Below are positions 1-9,763 of a stretch of 41,825 nucleotides of DNA, in pieces (position 1 is the first letter of the stretch; every line of letters begins with the position of its first letter). The position numbers and the translations under genes were made by a program. The stretch is taken from the NCBI GenBank assembly GCA_003136555.1, contig PLEW01000244.1, forward strand, positions 34,114 to 75,938, read 5' to 3'. Under the pieces are notes generated by a model. The model saw only the letters and a program-made list of their open reading frames with translations. It had not been told where the DNA came from and did not search any database. This DNA is from Planctomycetota bacterium (GTDB lineage: Bacteria > Planctomycetota > UBA11346).

Positions 1-2
1 TC

Positions 3-362
3 GGCCTCGCCCAGCTGCACCAGATGCGCGGGCGGCTGGGGCGCGGGGCGCTGCCCGGACGCTGCCTGCTGTTCCACCGCGGAGCCGATCCGCCGGCCCG
101 GCTCGCTGTCCTGCTCACCCACGATGACGGTCTCGAACTGGCCGCCTACGACCTGTCGGAGCGCGGTCTCGGCGAACTCCTCGGTACCGCCCAGCACGGC
201 CACCAGCGACTGCGCATCGCCGACCTGGTGCGCGATGCCGATCTCCTCGACCGGGCCCGTGAGGAGGCGCAGCGCCGAGGAGCTGCTGGCGACAGCCACC
301 ATCGGGGTCTCGCACGCCTGCTTGCCGGCGGCCACCCCGCCAACCTGCCGTCAGGCGGCTGA
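3..362 (+). CDS. recG: ATP-dependent DNA helicase RecG, C-terminal fragment (5' part lies outside the window)
   Basis: Frame open from the window edge reads GLAQLHQMRGRLGRG (RecG helicase motif VI), followed by the TRG-like DGLELAAYDL..RGLGELLGTAQHG motif. Confidence 0.9.
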   Translation, partial: GLAQLHQMRGRLGRGALPGRCLLFHRGADPPARLAVLLTHDDGLELAAYDLSERGLGELLGTAQHGHQRLRIADLVRDADLLDRAREEAQRRGAAGDSHHRGLARLLAGGHPANLPSGG

Positions 363-440
363 AGCGCCGTGCCGAGCCAACTGCCGGCTCACCGGCATGG
401 GCAGTTGGCGCCAGGGCGGATGGCGCAATGATCGTCCGCC

Positions 441-1406
441 GTGGACAGTGCCTATCAGCAACTCGCCAACCGCCTCTCCCGCGTCCACCGGCATCTGCGC
501 AAATGGGCGCGCCGCACCGGCACCACCTGCTACCGCCTATACGAGAAGGACATTCCCGACCAGCCGCTGATCGTCGACTGGTACGACGGCTCGGCGGTGG
601 TGTGGGCCTTCGAGCGCACCCGCAATGACACCAGCGCGCTGGAGGATGCCTGGCTGGCGCAGGTCACTGATGCCGTCTGCGCCGCCCTCCAGCTCCCGGC
701 CGAGCAGGTGTTCCTCAAGCGCCGGTTCCGCCAGAAGGACCGCCAGTCCGGCGACGGGCAGTACCATCGGCTCGAGCACCGCCACTGCACCAAGGTGGTG
801 ACCGAGCAGGGCCTGCGCTTCGAGGTCAACCTCTCCGACTATGTCGATACCGGGCTGTTCCTCGATCACCGACCGACACGCGCGCTGGTGCGGGCCCAGG
901 CCGCGGGCCTGGCGGTGCTCAACCTCTTCGCCTATACCGGATCATTCACCTGCGCCGCGCGCTCCGGCGGTGCCGCAACCACCACCACCGTCGACCTGAG
1001 CCACACCTACCTGGAGTGGGCAGGCCGCAATCTGGCGCTCAATGGCTACGCCGCGCACGCCGATCATGCGCTGGTGCGCGCAGACTGCCTGGAGTTCCTC
1101 GACGGCCTGGCACGCCGCACTCCCCGCTACGATCTGGTGATCTTGGACCCCCCCACCTTCTCCAACTCGAAGTCGATGTCCGGTTCGTTTTCGGTCTCCA
1201 GGGACCATCCGACGCTCTTGACCCAGTGCCATGCGGTGCTGCGTCCCGGCGGGGTGCTCTATTTCAGCACCAACTGCCGCGGCTTCCAGCTTGCCAGCGT
1301 AGGCGTTCCGCCATTCGCCATCACCGACATCAGCGAGAGCAGCATCCCGGAGGATTTCCGCAACCGCCGCATCCACCGCTGCTGGCGCATGGTGCGCAGC
1401 TCCTGA
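441..1406 (+). CDS. Class I SAM-dependent rRNA methyltransferase, stand-alone RlmK-like (C-terminal half of RlmKL; RlmI/K family)
   Basis: ANRL..HLRKWA....CYRLYEKD, VNLSDYVDTGLFLDHR, VLNLFAYTGSF (SAM-binding), LDPPTFSNSK and C-terminal IPEDF...IH motifs. Confidence 0.85.
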   Translation: MDSAYQQLANRLSRVHRHLRKWARRTGTTCYRLYEKDIPDQPLIVDWYDGSAVVWAFERTRNDTSALEDAWLAQVTDAVCAALQLPAEQVFLKRRFRQKDRQSGDGQYHRLEHRHCTKVVTEQGLRFEVNLSDYVDTGLFLDHRPTRALVRAQAAGLAVLNLFAYTGSFTCAARSGGAATTTTVDLSHTYLEWAGRNLALNGYAAHADHALVRADCLEFLDGLARRTPRYDLVILDPPTFSNSKSMSGSFSVSRDHPTLLTQCHAVLRPGGVLYFSTNCRGFQLASVGVPPFAITDISESSIPEDFRNRRIHRCWRMVRSS

Positions 1407-1559
1407 AGCTGCGCTGGGCAGGGCGGAGGCCGGGGGCCAGCACCGTCAGCCGGCGGTCCTGGTGGCGGTCGGCGCGGGCGATTGATGGCTCAATGGCTGG
1501 GGCGGATCACAGCGAGTCCCGCTTGCAGAGCTTGCACGAGGTCGCCACTATCGTCGTCT

Positions 1560-3005
1560 ATGGCGCTCCCAGCTCCTCTCGTACCTCTCCATGAGGCGAC
1601 CCTCATCGACGAGGCGGCCGTGCTGCTCGGCCAGGATCTCGGGGTGCTGATGGAGAATGCCGGCGCCGCCATCGCCCGCGAGGCGCAGCAGCTCGCCCCG
1701 GACGGCACCATCCTGGTCGCCTGCGGTCCGAGCAACAATGGCGGGGACGGCTACGTATGCGCCCGGCTGCTCGCCCAGTCTGGTCGCCGTGTGCAGGTGT
1801 GGCCGGTGGTCAAGCCGCGCAGCGAGCTGTGCGAGGCGCAGGCCCAGCGCCTGCCGTCATCCGTCGAGCTGCTCACGGCGGTGCCGGGCGAGCCCCCGGC
1901 ACTGCTCATCGATGCCGTCCTGGGCGCCGGCATGCGCGGCCGACCCAGGGAACCGATCGCCTCGGGGCTAGTGGCCCTGAAGGCGCTCGCGTGCAAGATC
2001 CTGGCGGCCGACGTGCCGAGCGGCCTGGGAAGCGACCTCTGCCTGCCCGCGACCCTCACGGTCTGCCTGCAAGTGGCCAAGCTCGAGCTCCTGCGGCAGA
2101 GCGGCATCGGCGAGTTCAAGACGGTCGACATCGGGGTGCTGCCGGCTGCCTACCAGGATGTCCAGCCGACCTGCTTCCGGCGCTTCCCGCCGCTGAAACG
2201 GACAGGGCACAAGGGCACCCATGGTGAATTGCTGGTGGTCGGAGGCGGTGTGTTCCCCGGGGCCTTGGAGCTGGCGTGCCGGGCGGCGGTGATGACCGGC
2301 TGCGACCTGGTGCGCGCCTGGACCGGCGAGGGTCCCAAGCTGCCGCCGACGGTGGTCTACCACCGCCAATTCAACCGCACCCTCAGCCCGGCCGACCCGG
2401 AGGAGCTCACCCCCCTGCTGGTGCGCGCCAGCGCGGTGCTGATCGGCAATGGCCTGGGCCGCGAGCCGGGCTGCCATGAGGCGGCCCAGCAGGCCTTCAG
2501 CCTGGCCGTCGAGATGGGGGTGCCGGTGATCGTCGATGCCGATGCCATCGCCGCGCTCACCGACCAGCTGCGCAACCTTCCCGATGGCGATGCCCACATC
2601 CTCATCACCCCGCATCGCACCGAGGCGCGCAACCTCCTCGGCATGCCCATCGATGAGGAGACCCTGCACGGCTTCGCCCGTCCCGATCGCGTGCTGCTGG
2701 CCAAGGCGGTGGTCGACCTGATCAGCGATGGCTGGCGCTGGCAGCGCAATCCCCGTGGCAATCCGCGCATGGCCGTCGGTGGCACCGGCGATGTGCTGGC
2801 CGGCCTGGCCGCCGGACTGATGGCCCGCGGCGCGAGCCCATTCGATGCCGCGCGCATGGCCGCACTGTGGATCACCAGCGCCGCCGACCAGCTGTGGCAG
2901 GAACAAGGGCCCTGCTATGACGCCGAGAGCGTGCTGGAGCGCCTTCCCGCCACGCTGCGCTCGCTGCTGGCACCGCTTGGCATGTGGCCGCCGATGGTCG
3001 GGTGA
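1560..3005 (+). CDS. nnr: Bifunctional NAD(P)H-hydrate epimerase/dehydratase (YjeF/Nnr)
   Basis: LMENAG, CGPSNNGGDG and DVPSG (epimerase domain); HKGTHG, GNGLG, DADA, ITPH and MAVGGTGDVLAG (dehydratase domain). Start moved to the ATG at 1560. Confidence 0.9.
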   Translation: MALPAPLVPLHEATLIDEAAVLLGQDLGVLMENAGAAIAREAQQLAPDGTILVACGPSNNGGDGYVCARLLAQSGRRVQVWPVVKPRSELCEAQAQRLPSSVELLTAVPGEPPALLIDAVLGAGMRGRPREPIASGLVALKALACKILAADVPSGLGSDLCLPATLTVCLQVAKLELLRQSGIGEFKTVDIGVLPAAYQDVQPTCFRRFPPLKRTGHKGTHGELLVVGGGVFPGALELACRAAVMTGCDLVRAWTGEGPKLPPTVVYHRQFNRTLSPADPEELTPLLVRASAVLIGNGLGREPGCHEAAQQAFSLAVEMGVPVIVDADAIAALTDQLRNLPDGDAHILITPHRTEARNLLGMPIDEETLHGFARPDRVLLAKAVVDLISDGWRWQRNPRGNPRMAVGGTGDVLAGLAAGLMARGASPFDAARMAALWITSAADQLWQEQGPCYDAESVLERLPATLRSLLAPLGMWPPMVG

Positions 3006-3034
3006 AGCGCGGGTGCCCACCCTGCGGCGAGCGC

Positions 3035-3820
3035 TCAGCGCTGGAGCACTTCGTCGCTGAGGACCGCATCGTCCACCGCCCCGGGCGCAATGCTGATTAC
3101 CTGCCAGCGGTGGGTGACCTCATCACTGCGGTATTCGACCACCAGCGGCAGCCCGGGAAGCGTGGCCAGGTTGCTGGCGAGCGAATCCTTGTCGTCGGCT
3201 GAACTGCTGAGCAGGCCGATGGCATAGAGGTTCGGCAGCCCTTGGGCCAGCACCACGGTGCAGGACTTGCCGTCTGCGCGCATGGCGAAGCGCTTGGCGG
3301 GGATGCCCTCAAGCACGACGTCCTGCGCATCGTGATCGAGCTCGCGCACCGGCGGCAAGGCGGCGAGCGGGACGGTTTCGCGCTTGCCGCCGACATAGAG
3401 CAGCTCCTGCGCATGCGCGCGATCGACCAGCAGGCGCGGGCCGTCACCGGTGACCTGCATGCGGCCGCCCTTGATGGTGAACACGCTGGTGCCCACTTGG
3501 ATGGGCTTGCCGCTGGCCAGTACGATCCGCTCGAGCTCGGCTTCGTAGGTGCCGATATCCTCAAGCAGGATGCGCCGCACCGTCAGGGGGGCATTGTGCA
3601 TGTCCTGCTGGGCCTTCTGCAGGCGATCGCGCAGGATGCGGGAGTAGTCATCGAGCTCCACCCGGTCGGAACCGCCGACCGACGACGGGCCGACCAGGGT
3701 CTCCTCGACGGTGATGACACCTGACCATTCCACACCCCAGCCGGAGGCCGCTAGCATCAAGGGCAAAACCAGGCCCAAGGCCCGATTAAGCCAGCCGCAG
3801 CGGTGCTTTACCATAGCCAT
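3035..3820 (-). CDS. Exported hypothetical protein, possibly DUF4412-like
   Basis: Signal-peptide-like N-terminus ([22 protein letters not shown]) and a C-terminal [10 protein letters not shown] motif. Start is ATG 3820 or 3814. Confidence 0.65.
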   Translation of the reverse strand: MAMVKHRCGWLNRALGLVLPLMLAASGWGVEWSGVITVEETLVGPSSVGGSDRVELDDYSRILRDRLQKAQQDMHNAPLTVRRILLEDIGTYEAELERIVLASGKPIQVGTSVFTIKGGRMQVTGDGPRLLVDRAHAQELLYVGGKRETVPLAALPPVRELDHDAQDVVLEGIPAKRFAMRADGKSCTVVLAQGLPNLYAIGLLSSSADDKDSLASNLATLPGLPLVVEYRSDEVTHRWQVISIAPGAVDDAVLSDEVLQR

Positions 3821-4098
3821 CCACCGTACCGCTGCGCGCCCGGCTGGCAATTGCAGGTACCCGACAGCGGTGGCGGCGCCTAGCGGCCCACCGCAGGGGG
3901 TCGGCACGGACTGATGACGGACCGCGCTCCGGCACGGCGGACAGCGCTCTCAGGGCATGGTCTCTCCGGGGCAGGTTGTTCGGGCAGGATCGGCGGTCGA
4001 CGCTACTGGGTGTGCGGAAGCCTAGAGCGAGCCACCACTTGCCACAACGCAGGAAGGCCAACAATGCGCCCTCCCCTAACGCCGCCGAGGCCCCCACG

Positions 4099-5010
4099 AT
4101 GGATCACCTTGATCAGCTCGAGCAGCAGAGCGTCTTCATCTTCCGCGAGGCATTCCGCCATTTCGAGCGGCTGTGCATGATGTGGTCGATCGGCAAGGAT
4201 TCGACCGTGCTGCTGTGGCTCGCACGCAAGGCCTTCTTCGGGCACATCCCCTTCCCGCTCATCCACATCGACACCAGCTACAAGCTGCCGGAGATGATCC
4301 AGTACCGCGACCGGCTGGCGATGGAATACAGGCTGACCATGATAGTCGGACAGGACGAGGCCACGATCAAGGCCCGCAACACCTTCCCCGACAAGTTCAA
4401 GGCCAATCCGGCGATGAGCGAAGCCGAGCAGGCGCTCGCGCGCAAGGAGTGCTGCTCGCTGCTGAAATCGTCCGCCCTCAAGGCGACGCTCCAGGGCACT
4501 GGCATCCGCCGCCGGCTCAACCTGACCACCGGCGTCTACGACATCGACCCTGATCACGAGCCTTACCACGGGGTGATCGGCGGTGCCCGCTCGGACGAGG
4601 AAGGCAGCCGTTCGAAGGAGCGCTACTTCTCGCCTCGCGACAAGAACAACGCCTGGGATGTCGGTGATCAGCCGCCTGAACTATGGAACCAGTTCAAGAC
4701 CGATTTCGCCCCCGGTACGCACGTGCGCATCCATCCGCTCCTGGATTGGACCGAGCTGAACATCTGGGAGTACATCAAGCGCGAGTCCATCCCCACCGTG
4801 TCGCTGTACTACGACCAGGGCAAGGGCACGCGCTACCGCTCGCTCGGCTGCGGTCCCTGCCAGAAGCCGATCGAGTCGACCTCCAAGAACGTCGACGAGA
4901 TCATCGCCGAGCTCAAGAGCGGCCGCCTGCACAACATCGCCGAGCGCTCGGGCCGCATGCAGGATGGCAAGCACGGCTTGGAAGAACTGCGCCGCGAAGG
5001 ATACATGTGA
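4099..5010 (+). CDS. cysD: Sulfate adenylyltransferase subunit 2
   Basis: [71 protein letters not shown] and LRREGY motifs; lies directly upstream of cysN. Confidence 0.93.
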   Translation: MDHLDQLEQQSVFIFREAFRHFERLCMMWSIGKDSTVLLWLARKAFFGHIPFPLIHIDTSYKLPEMIQYRDRLAMEYRLTMIVGQDEATIKARNTFPDKFKANPAMSEAEQALARKECCSLLKSSALKATLQGTGIRRRLNLTTGVYDIDPDHEPYHGVIGGARSDEEGSRSKERYFSPRDKNNAWDVGDQPPELWNQFKTDFAPGTHVRIHPLLDWTELNIWEYIKRESIPTVSLYYDQGKGTRYRSLGCGPCQKPIESTSKNVDEIIAELKSGRLHNIAERSGRMQDGKHGLEELRREGYM

Positions 5011-5125
5011 TGGCCATCAGCCGCTGCAGACCGCCGCACGCACCCGCCGTGCCCGCCCGTTCCATGTGCGCGGCGGCCCGCACCACCCACCGCCTGGCCC
5101 GAGCCGCGCTTCCGGGAAGGATGCC

Positions 5126-6949
5126 ATGACTCCATCCGCACCGATCGCGGATCGCGTCGAAGCCGATCGCGACCAGATGAACATCGTCATCGTCGGCCAT
5201 GTCGACCACGGCAAGAGCACGCTGGTCGGGCGGCTGCTCGCCGACACCGGTTCGCTGCCCCAGGGCAAGCTCGAGGGCGTCCGGCGGGAATGCGAGCGCA
5301 CCGGCAAGCCGTTCGAGTACGCCTTCCTGCTCGATGCGCTCTCCGACGAGCAGGACCAGGGCATCACCATCGACACCGCGCGCTGCTTCTTCAAGTCGAG
5401 CAGCCGCGACTACATCATCATCGATGCGCCGGGGCATATCGAGTTCCTCAAGAACATGATCTCCGGTGCGGCACGAGCCGAAGCCGCGCTGCTGATGATC
5501 GATGCCAAGGAAGGGGTGCGCGAGAACTCGCGCCGGCACGGCTACATCCTCGGCATGCTCGGCATCAAGCAGGTGGTGGTGTGCGTCAACAAGATGGATC
5601 TGGTCGGCTACCGCCAGGATGTCTTCGATGGCATCGAACGGGAGTACCGCGAGTTCCTCGCGGGGATCGGCGCGGTCAGCCCGCGCAACTTCGTCCCCAT
5701 CGCCGCGCTCAGCGGTGAGAATCTCATCACGACCAGCCCCAACATGCCGTGGTACCGTGGCGAGAGCATCCTCGCGCTGCTGGACGGATTCACCAAGCAG
5801 CCGCCCAAGACCGCCCAGCCGCTGCGCATGCCGGTCCAGGCCATCTATAAGTTCACCAGCCATGGCGATGAGCGGCGCATCGTCGCCGGACGCATCGAAT
5901 CCGGCCAGGTGAAGGTCGGCGACGAGGTGGTCTTCAGCCCTTCGAACAAGAGTGCGCACATTAGCACCATCGAAGGCTTCAACACCCAGCCGAGGAGCGA
6001 GATAACGGCCGGCTGGTCGACCGGCTTCACCCTCAGCGAGGAGATCTACATCACCCGCGGCGAGGTGATGAGCCGGAAGTCCCAGGCCCCGCTGGTCGGC
6101 ACGCGCTTCCGCGCCAACCTCATCTGGCTGGGCCGCAAGCCGATGGCCCAAGGCCGCGACTACAAGCTCAAGCTGCATACCTGCACCCAACCGGTGCGCA
6201 TTCAGAGGCTGCTCAAGGTCCTGGACGCGTCCCAGCTCGACGGGGTGCTGGAGAAAGACTCCATCGGCCGTCATGACGTCGCGGATGTAATCCTCGAGAC
6301 CCGCCAGCCGGTGGCCTTCGACCTCACCACCGACATCGAAGGGACCGGCCGCTTCGTCATCGTCGACGGCTACGACGTCGCCGGCGGCGGCATCATCACC
6401 CAGGCTGTGCCGGACGACCAGGATGAACTGCGCAGCGAGGCACGCCTTCGCGACTTCTCCTGGGTGCAGGGCAGCATCACCGTCGAGGAGCGCGCCAAGC
6501 GGCTGGGCCACCGCCCGGCCCTGGTGATGTTCGTCGGCAAGCAGAACTCCGGCAAGCACCGCTATGCCCGCGCGCTCGAGCGCGCGCTGTTCGATCGCGG
6601 TACGTTCAGCTACTTCATCGACGGCACCAACGTCCTGATGGGCGTCGATCATGATCTGACCGTCGACGCCACCCAGGCCGAGCTGGTGCGCCGCTTCGGC
6701 GAAGTCGCCTACCTGCTGCTCTCCGCCGGCGTGATCCTGGTCTCCACCACCAATGCCATCGGTCTGGCCGATCACAGTTCGGTCCAGGCCCTGATCGGCG
6801 CCTATGCCTCGGTCGCCGTCGAGGTCGATCCCGGCGGCCTCTCCACCGCCCCCTGCGACCTGCGCATCCGCGGCACCGAGACCGAAGCCGAGGTGATCGC
6901 CCGGATCATCGCTCTGCTCGGCCAGAAGCAGGTGCTCGGAGCACCCTGA
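5126..6949 (+). CDS. cysN: Sulfate adenylyltransferase subunit 1 (GTPase) fused to a degenerate APS-kinase-like domain (CysN/CysNC)
   Basis: [27 protein letters not shown] and IAALSGEN GTPase motifs; TGRFVIVD; C-terminal CysC-like segment. GGAAGG lies upstream of ATG 5126. Confidence 0.9.
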   Translation: MTPSAPIADRVEADRDQMNIVIVGHVDHGKSTLVGRLLADTGSLPQGKLEGVRRECERTGKPFEYAFLLDALSDEQDQGITIDTARCFFKSSSRDYIIIDAPGHIEFLKNMISGAARAEAALLMIDAKEGVRENSRRHGYILGMLGIKQVVVCVNKMDLVGYRQDVFDGIEREYREFLAGIGAVSPRNFVPIAALSGENLITTSPNMPWYRGESILALLDGFTKQPPKTAQPLRMPVQAIYKFTSHGDERRIVAGRIESGQVKVGDEVVFSPSNKSAHISTIEGFNTQPRSEITAGWSTGFTLSEEIYITRGEVMSRKSQAPLVGTRFRANLIWLGRKPMAQGRDYKLKLHTCTQPVRIQRLLKVLDASQLDGVLEKDSIGRHDVADVILETRQPVAFDLTTDIEGTGRFVIVDGYDVAGGGIITQAVPDDQDELRSEARLRDFSWVQGSITVEERAKRLGHRPALVMFVGKQNSGKHRYARALERALFDRGTFSYFIDGTNVLMGVDHDLTVDATQAELVRRFGEVAYLLLSAGVILVSTTNAIGLADHSSVQALIGAYASVAVEVDPGGLSTAPCDLRIRGTETEAEVIARIIALLGQKQVLGAP

Positions 6950-6993
6950 CGCTGCGCTGGCGTCAGCTGTGCGCAGAGGCACCACCGCCGCTC

Positions 6994-7755
6994 TCAGCGG
7001 TTGCGCTCGAACACCACCATCACGCGCTCCGGATCGCCATCCTCGAGCACTACTCGCCGCTCGCTGACGAAGCGATAGCCGAGTCCGGTACAGGCGGCCA
7101 GCGCGGCCTGGCGTTCATCACCGGCGAACGCCGGCCCCTTGTAGATGACCAGATGCCCGGATTTCTCCAGCAGATCCGCCGCCTCCTCGAGGATCAGCGA
7201 GGCCTGGCCCATGGCCCGGCAGGTGACCAGCTGGCAGGATCGGCGCAGCCCGCTGGCCTTGATCGCCGCTTCCGATCCGCGCATATGCAGTGCGCGCGCC
7301 TGCGCATTGCCGGTCAAGGTGCAGGCGGCGGAGAGGAACTCGACCTTCTTCAGGCGCGCATCGACCATCACCCACGGCATGTTCGCCAGCCAGGTCGCCA
7401 GCGGCAGCCCCGGATAGCCACCGCCCGAGCCGAGGTCGACGCATGCCGCCCCCTGGGAGAGGTGGCGCAGGCGGGTGTCGCCGACCAGGGCCAGGCTGTC
7501 GAGGACATGGAGCTTGAGGTAATCGCGCGGTTCGATGATGGTGGTGAGGTTCAGCCAACGGTTCACCCCCACCAAATGGCCATAGAGGGCCTCCATCTGC
7601 GTACGCCTGGCATCGGCGTCGGGGATGCCGAGCTCGCGGCAACGCACGGAAAACCAGCGCCAATGCTCATCGCCGAAGGCGATCGGCGGGTGCAGGGCGG
7701 GTTCAACGCTGCCCATCGCAGGGTCATCGGCTCTTTGCAGTTCGCGTTTCGACAT
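6994..7755 (-). CDS. rsmG: 16S rRNA m7G527 methyltransferase RsmG (GidB)
   Basis: NRWLNLTTI, HVLDSL, DLGSGGGYPGLPLA, DARLKKVEFL, TCRA and YKG motifs. Confidence 0.92.
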   Translation of the reverse strand: MSKRELQRADDPAMGSVEPALHPPIAFGDEHWRWFSVRCRELGIPDADARRTQMEALYGHLVGVNRWLNLTTIIEPRDYLKLHVLDSLALVGDTRLRHLSQGAACVDLGSGGGYPGLPLATWLANMPWVMVDARLKKVEFLSAACTLTGNAQARALHMRGSEAAIKASGLRRSCQLVTCRAMGQASLILEEAADLLEKSGHLVIYKGPAFAGDERQAALAACTGLGYRFVSERRVVLEDGDPERVMVVFERNR

Positions 7756-7870
7756 AGTCCGATGGGAGCTTCACCGTCCGCTGGGCCATGCCATCGCTAA
7801 TACGCCCCCGGTCCGCAGGCCCGAAGCTCCCCCCGCTTGCCAGCGCCACCTTCCGCCCATCATCGTCAGC

Positions 7871-9043
7871 GTGGACTACCTCGTCATCGCCCGCAAATAC
7901 CGCCCTCAGACCTTCACCGAGGTGACCGGCCAGGAGGTCGTGGCGCGCACCTTGACCAATGCGATCAAGTCGCAGCGCGTCGCCCATGCCTACCTGTTCA
8001 CCGGGCCTCGCGGGGTGGGCAAGACCAGCATGGCGCGCATCCTCGCCAAGGCGCTGTGCTGCGAAACCGGGCCGACCACCGAGCCGTGCGGCGTCTGCCA
8101 GCATTGCCGCATGATCACCGACAGCGGGCATCCGGACGTCGCCGAGATCGACGCCGCGCGCTACAATGGCGTGGATGCGATCCGCGAGCTCTCGGACAAT
8201 GCCAGCTTCTCCCCGACCCTGGCGCGCTTCCGCATCTACATCCTCGACGAAGTGCACATGCTCTCGACCTCGGCGTGGAATGCCCTGCTCAAGCTGCTCG
8301 AGGAGCCCCCGGCCCACGTTCGCTTCATCTTCGCCACCACCGAGGTCGAGAAGGTGCTGCCGACGGTGCTGTCGCGCTGCCAGCGCTTCGACTTCCGCTC
8401 GATCGACCTCGATGCCATCGTCAAGCGCCTGCGCGAGATCTGCGTCAAAGAGCAGGTCCAGCTGACCGATGCGGTGCTCTACCGCATCGCCCGCGCCGCG
8501 GGAGGCGGCATGCGCGACGCGCAGACCCTGCTCGACCAGCTGATCGCGGTATGCGACGGCGAGGTCATCGAGGAGGACCTCAACCTGCTCCTCGGGGCAG
8601 CCCGCGGCGGCGATCTCGATCTGGTGGTCAATGACCTGCTGTCGGGCAATGCCAGCGCCGCTATCGAGACGCTCGATCGCATCGTCGCTGGCGGGGTGGC
8701 GCCGACGACCTTCCTCGAACAGCTCATCGATCACGCCCGCACCGTGCTGCTGGTGCAGGCCTGCGGGAGGGAATCGCCGGCCGTCCGCCGCCTCGGCACC
8801 TGCACGCCCGCCCTCGAGGCCCAGGCCAAGCTGGCCACCCCCGAGAAGACCATGCGCACCTGCCAGATCCTCATCGGCAGCCAATTGGCGCTGCGCCAGG
8901 GAGCCGACCCGCGCTTGCAGCTCGAGCTCTCCTTCGTCCGCATCGCCGGACTCGGGCAGCTGCTGGATGCCGACACCCTGCTGCGCCGCATCGAGCGCCT
9001 GGAAAGCGCGCCGGCAGGAGCGTCTGCTCCGCACCCCCGGTAG
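7871..9043 (+). CDS. dnaX: DNA polymerase III subunit gamma/tau, zero-frame (gamma-length, 390 aa) product
   Basis: GTG start, YLVIARKYRPQTF, Walker A GPRGVGKTS, Zn module C..PCGVCQHC, DEVHML, LLKLLEEPP, SRCQRF and GGMRDA; ends at TAG 9041-9043. Confidence 0.95.
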   Translation: MDYLVIARKYRPQTFTEVTGQEVVARTLTNAIKSQRVAHAYLFTGPRGVGKTSMARILAKALCCETGPTTEPCGVCQHCRMITDSGHPDVAEIDAARYNGVDAIRELSDNASFSPTLARFRIYILDEVHMLSTSAWNALLKLLEEPPAHVRFIFATTEVEKVLPTVLSRCQRFDFRSIDLDAIVKRLREICVKEQVQLTDAVLYRIARAAGGGMRDAQTLLDQLIAVCDGEVIEEDLNLLLGAARGGDLDLVVNDLLSGNASAAIETLDRIVAGGVAPTTFLEQLIDHARTVLLVQACGRESPAVRRLGTCTPALEAQAKLATPEKTMRTCQILIGSQLALRQGADPRLQLELSFVRIAGLGQLLDADTLLRRIERLESAPAGASAPHPR

Positions 9044-9076
9044 GGCCGGGACCGTCCCCGTCACGGTCACCGGCCC
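9016..9076 (+). other. Putative programmed -1 recoding signal in dnaX
   Basis: SD-like AGGAG at 9016-9020; C run at 9034-9038 (CAC CCC CGG TAG); hairpin GGGCCGG-GACCGT / ACGGTC-A-CCGGCCC at 9043-9076. Confidence 0.65.
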
Positions 9077-9630
9077 GCACCGAACTCCCCTCCGAGCATC
9101 ATCCTTCCGCGGCGCGCCAGGGAGAGGGCGCCCCTGCCTGGCCGCTCACCCAGCAGGCCGACGCTGCGCCAGCCGCTCCCAGCCCGGCCGCGCCAGCCTC
9201 GTCGCCACGTCCAGCCGAGCTGGCCCCCCAGGCCCTGCTGAGCCTGCTGCAGAGCCGTTGGGGTGAACTGGCCCGCAACGCGATGCGCGATGGCCAGGTG
9301 AGCCTCGCCGCAGCACTCACCGACAGCGCGCCGGTGGCGCTCGCGGGCGACCTGCTGACCGTCGAGCTGCCGGCCCCCTTCTGCGCCCAGCTGACCATCC
9401 GTCCCGACATGACCCAGCAGTTCGAGGCCGTGCTGCAGGCGGTCGCCGGACGACGGCTGCGGGTGGTCGGCCGTCCGCGCAAGGGCCAGGCGGGCGATGA
9501 GCGCACTGACCGCTACCGCCAGGCGCAGGATCATCCCCTCGTGCAGCTGCTGATGAAGCGCTTCGAGGCGGACATCGTGGCGCGCGAGATCATCCCCACC
9601 GAAGAATGGCTCAGGCGCATGCAGTCCTAA
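9034..9630 (+). CDS. dnaX: Tau-specific C-terminal extension of DnaX, encoded in the -1 frame
   Basis: The -1 frame is open across the gamma stop. It encodes a Pro/Ala linker, then LQSRWGELARNAM...LAAAL....VALAGDLLTVELP and AQDHPLVQLLMKRFEADIV, typical of DnaX C-termini; TAA at 9628-9630. Confidence 0.8.
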   Translation, partial: PPVGPGPSPSRSPARTELPSEHHPSAARQGEGAPAWPLTQQADAAPAAPSPAAPASSPRPAELAPQALLSLLQSRWGELARNAMRDGQVSLAAALTDSAPVALAGDLLTVELPAPFCAQLTIRPDMTQQFEAVLQAVAGRRLRVVGRPRKGQAGDERTDRYRQAQDHPLVQLLMKRFEADIVAREIIPTEEWLRRMQS

Positions 9631-9763
9631 TGGCGTACCGGCAGCCGGTCGTCAATGTCACACGCATGAGCATGGGGCGTTGCTCGATGTCGCATGGCGA
9701 CGAAATGTCCATGGCCCATCCGACATACTCTCCTAGCATCGCCCGCCAGCGGACCATCTTCCC

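Noticed and set aside
3860-3960. Hairpin (GCGGTGG/CCACCGC) plus CTGATGA and CTCTCAGG upstream of cysD, suggesting a hammerhead, fluoride, glycine or SAM riboswitch
   Set aside because: Partner motifs are missing (no GAAA core, no GGCGATGG..TTCGCC, no CCGAAGG); chance stems are common at this GC content.
6946-6966. CTGACGC/GCGTCAG hairpin between convergent cysN and rsmG
   Set aside because: Only 7 bp and no U-tract; too weak to call a terminator.
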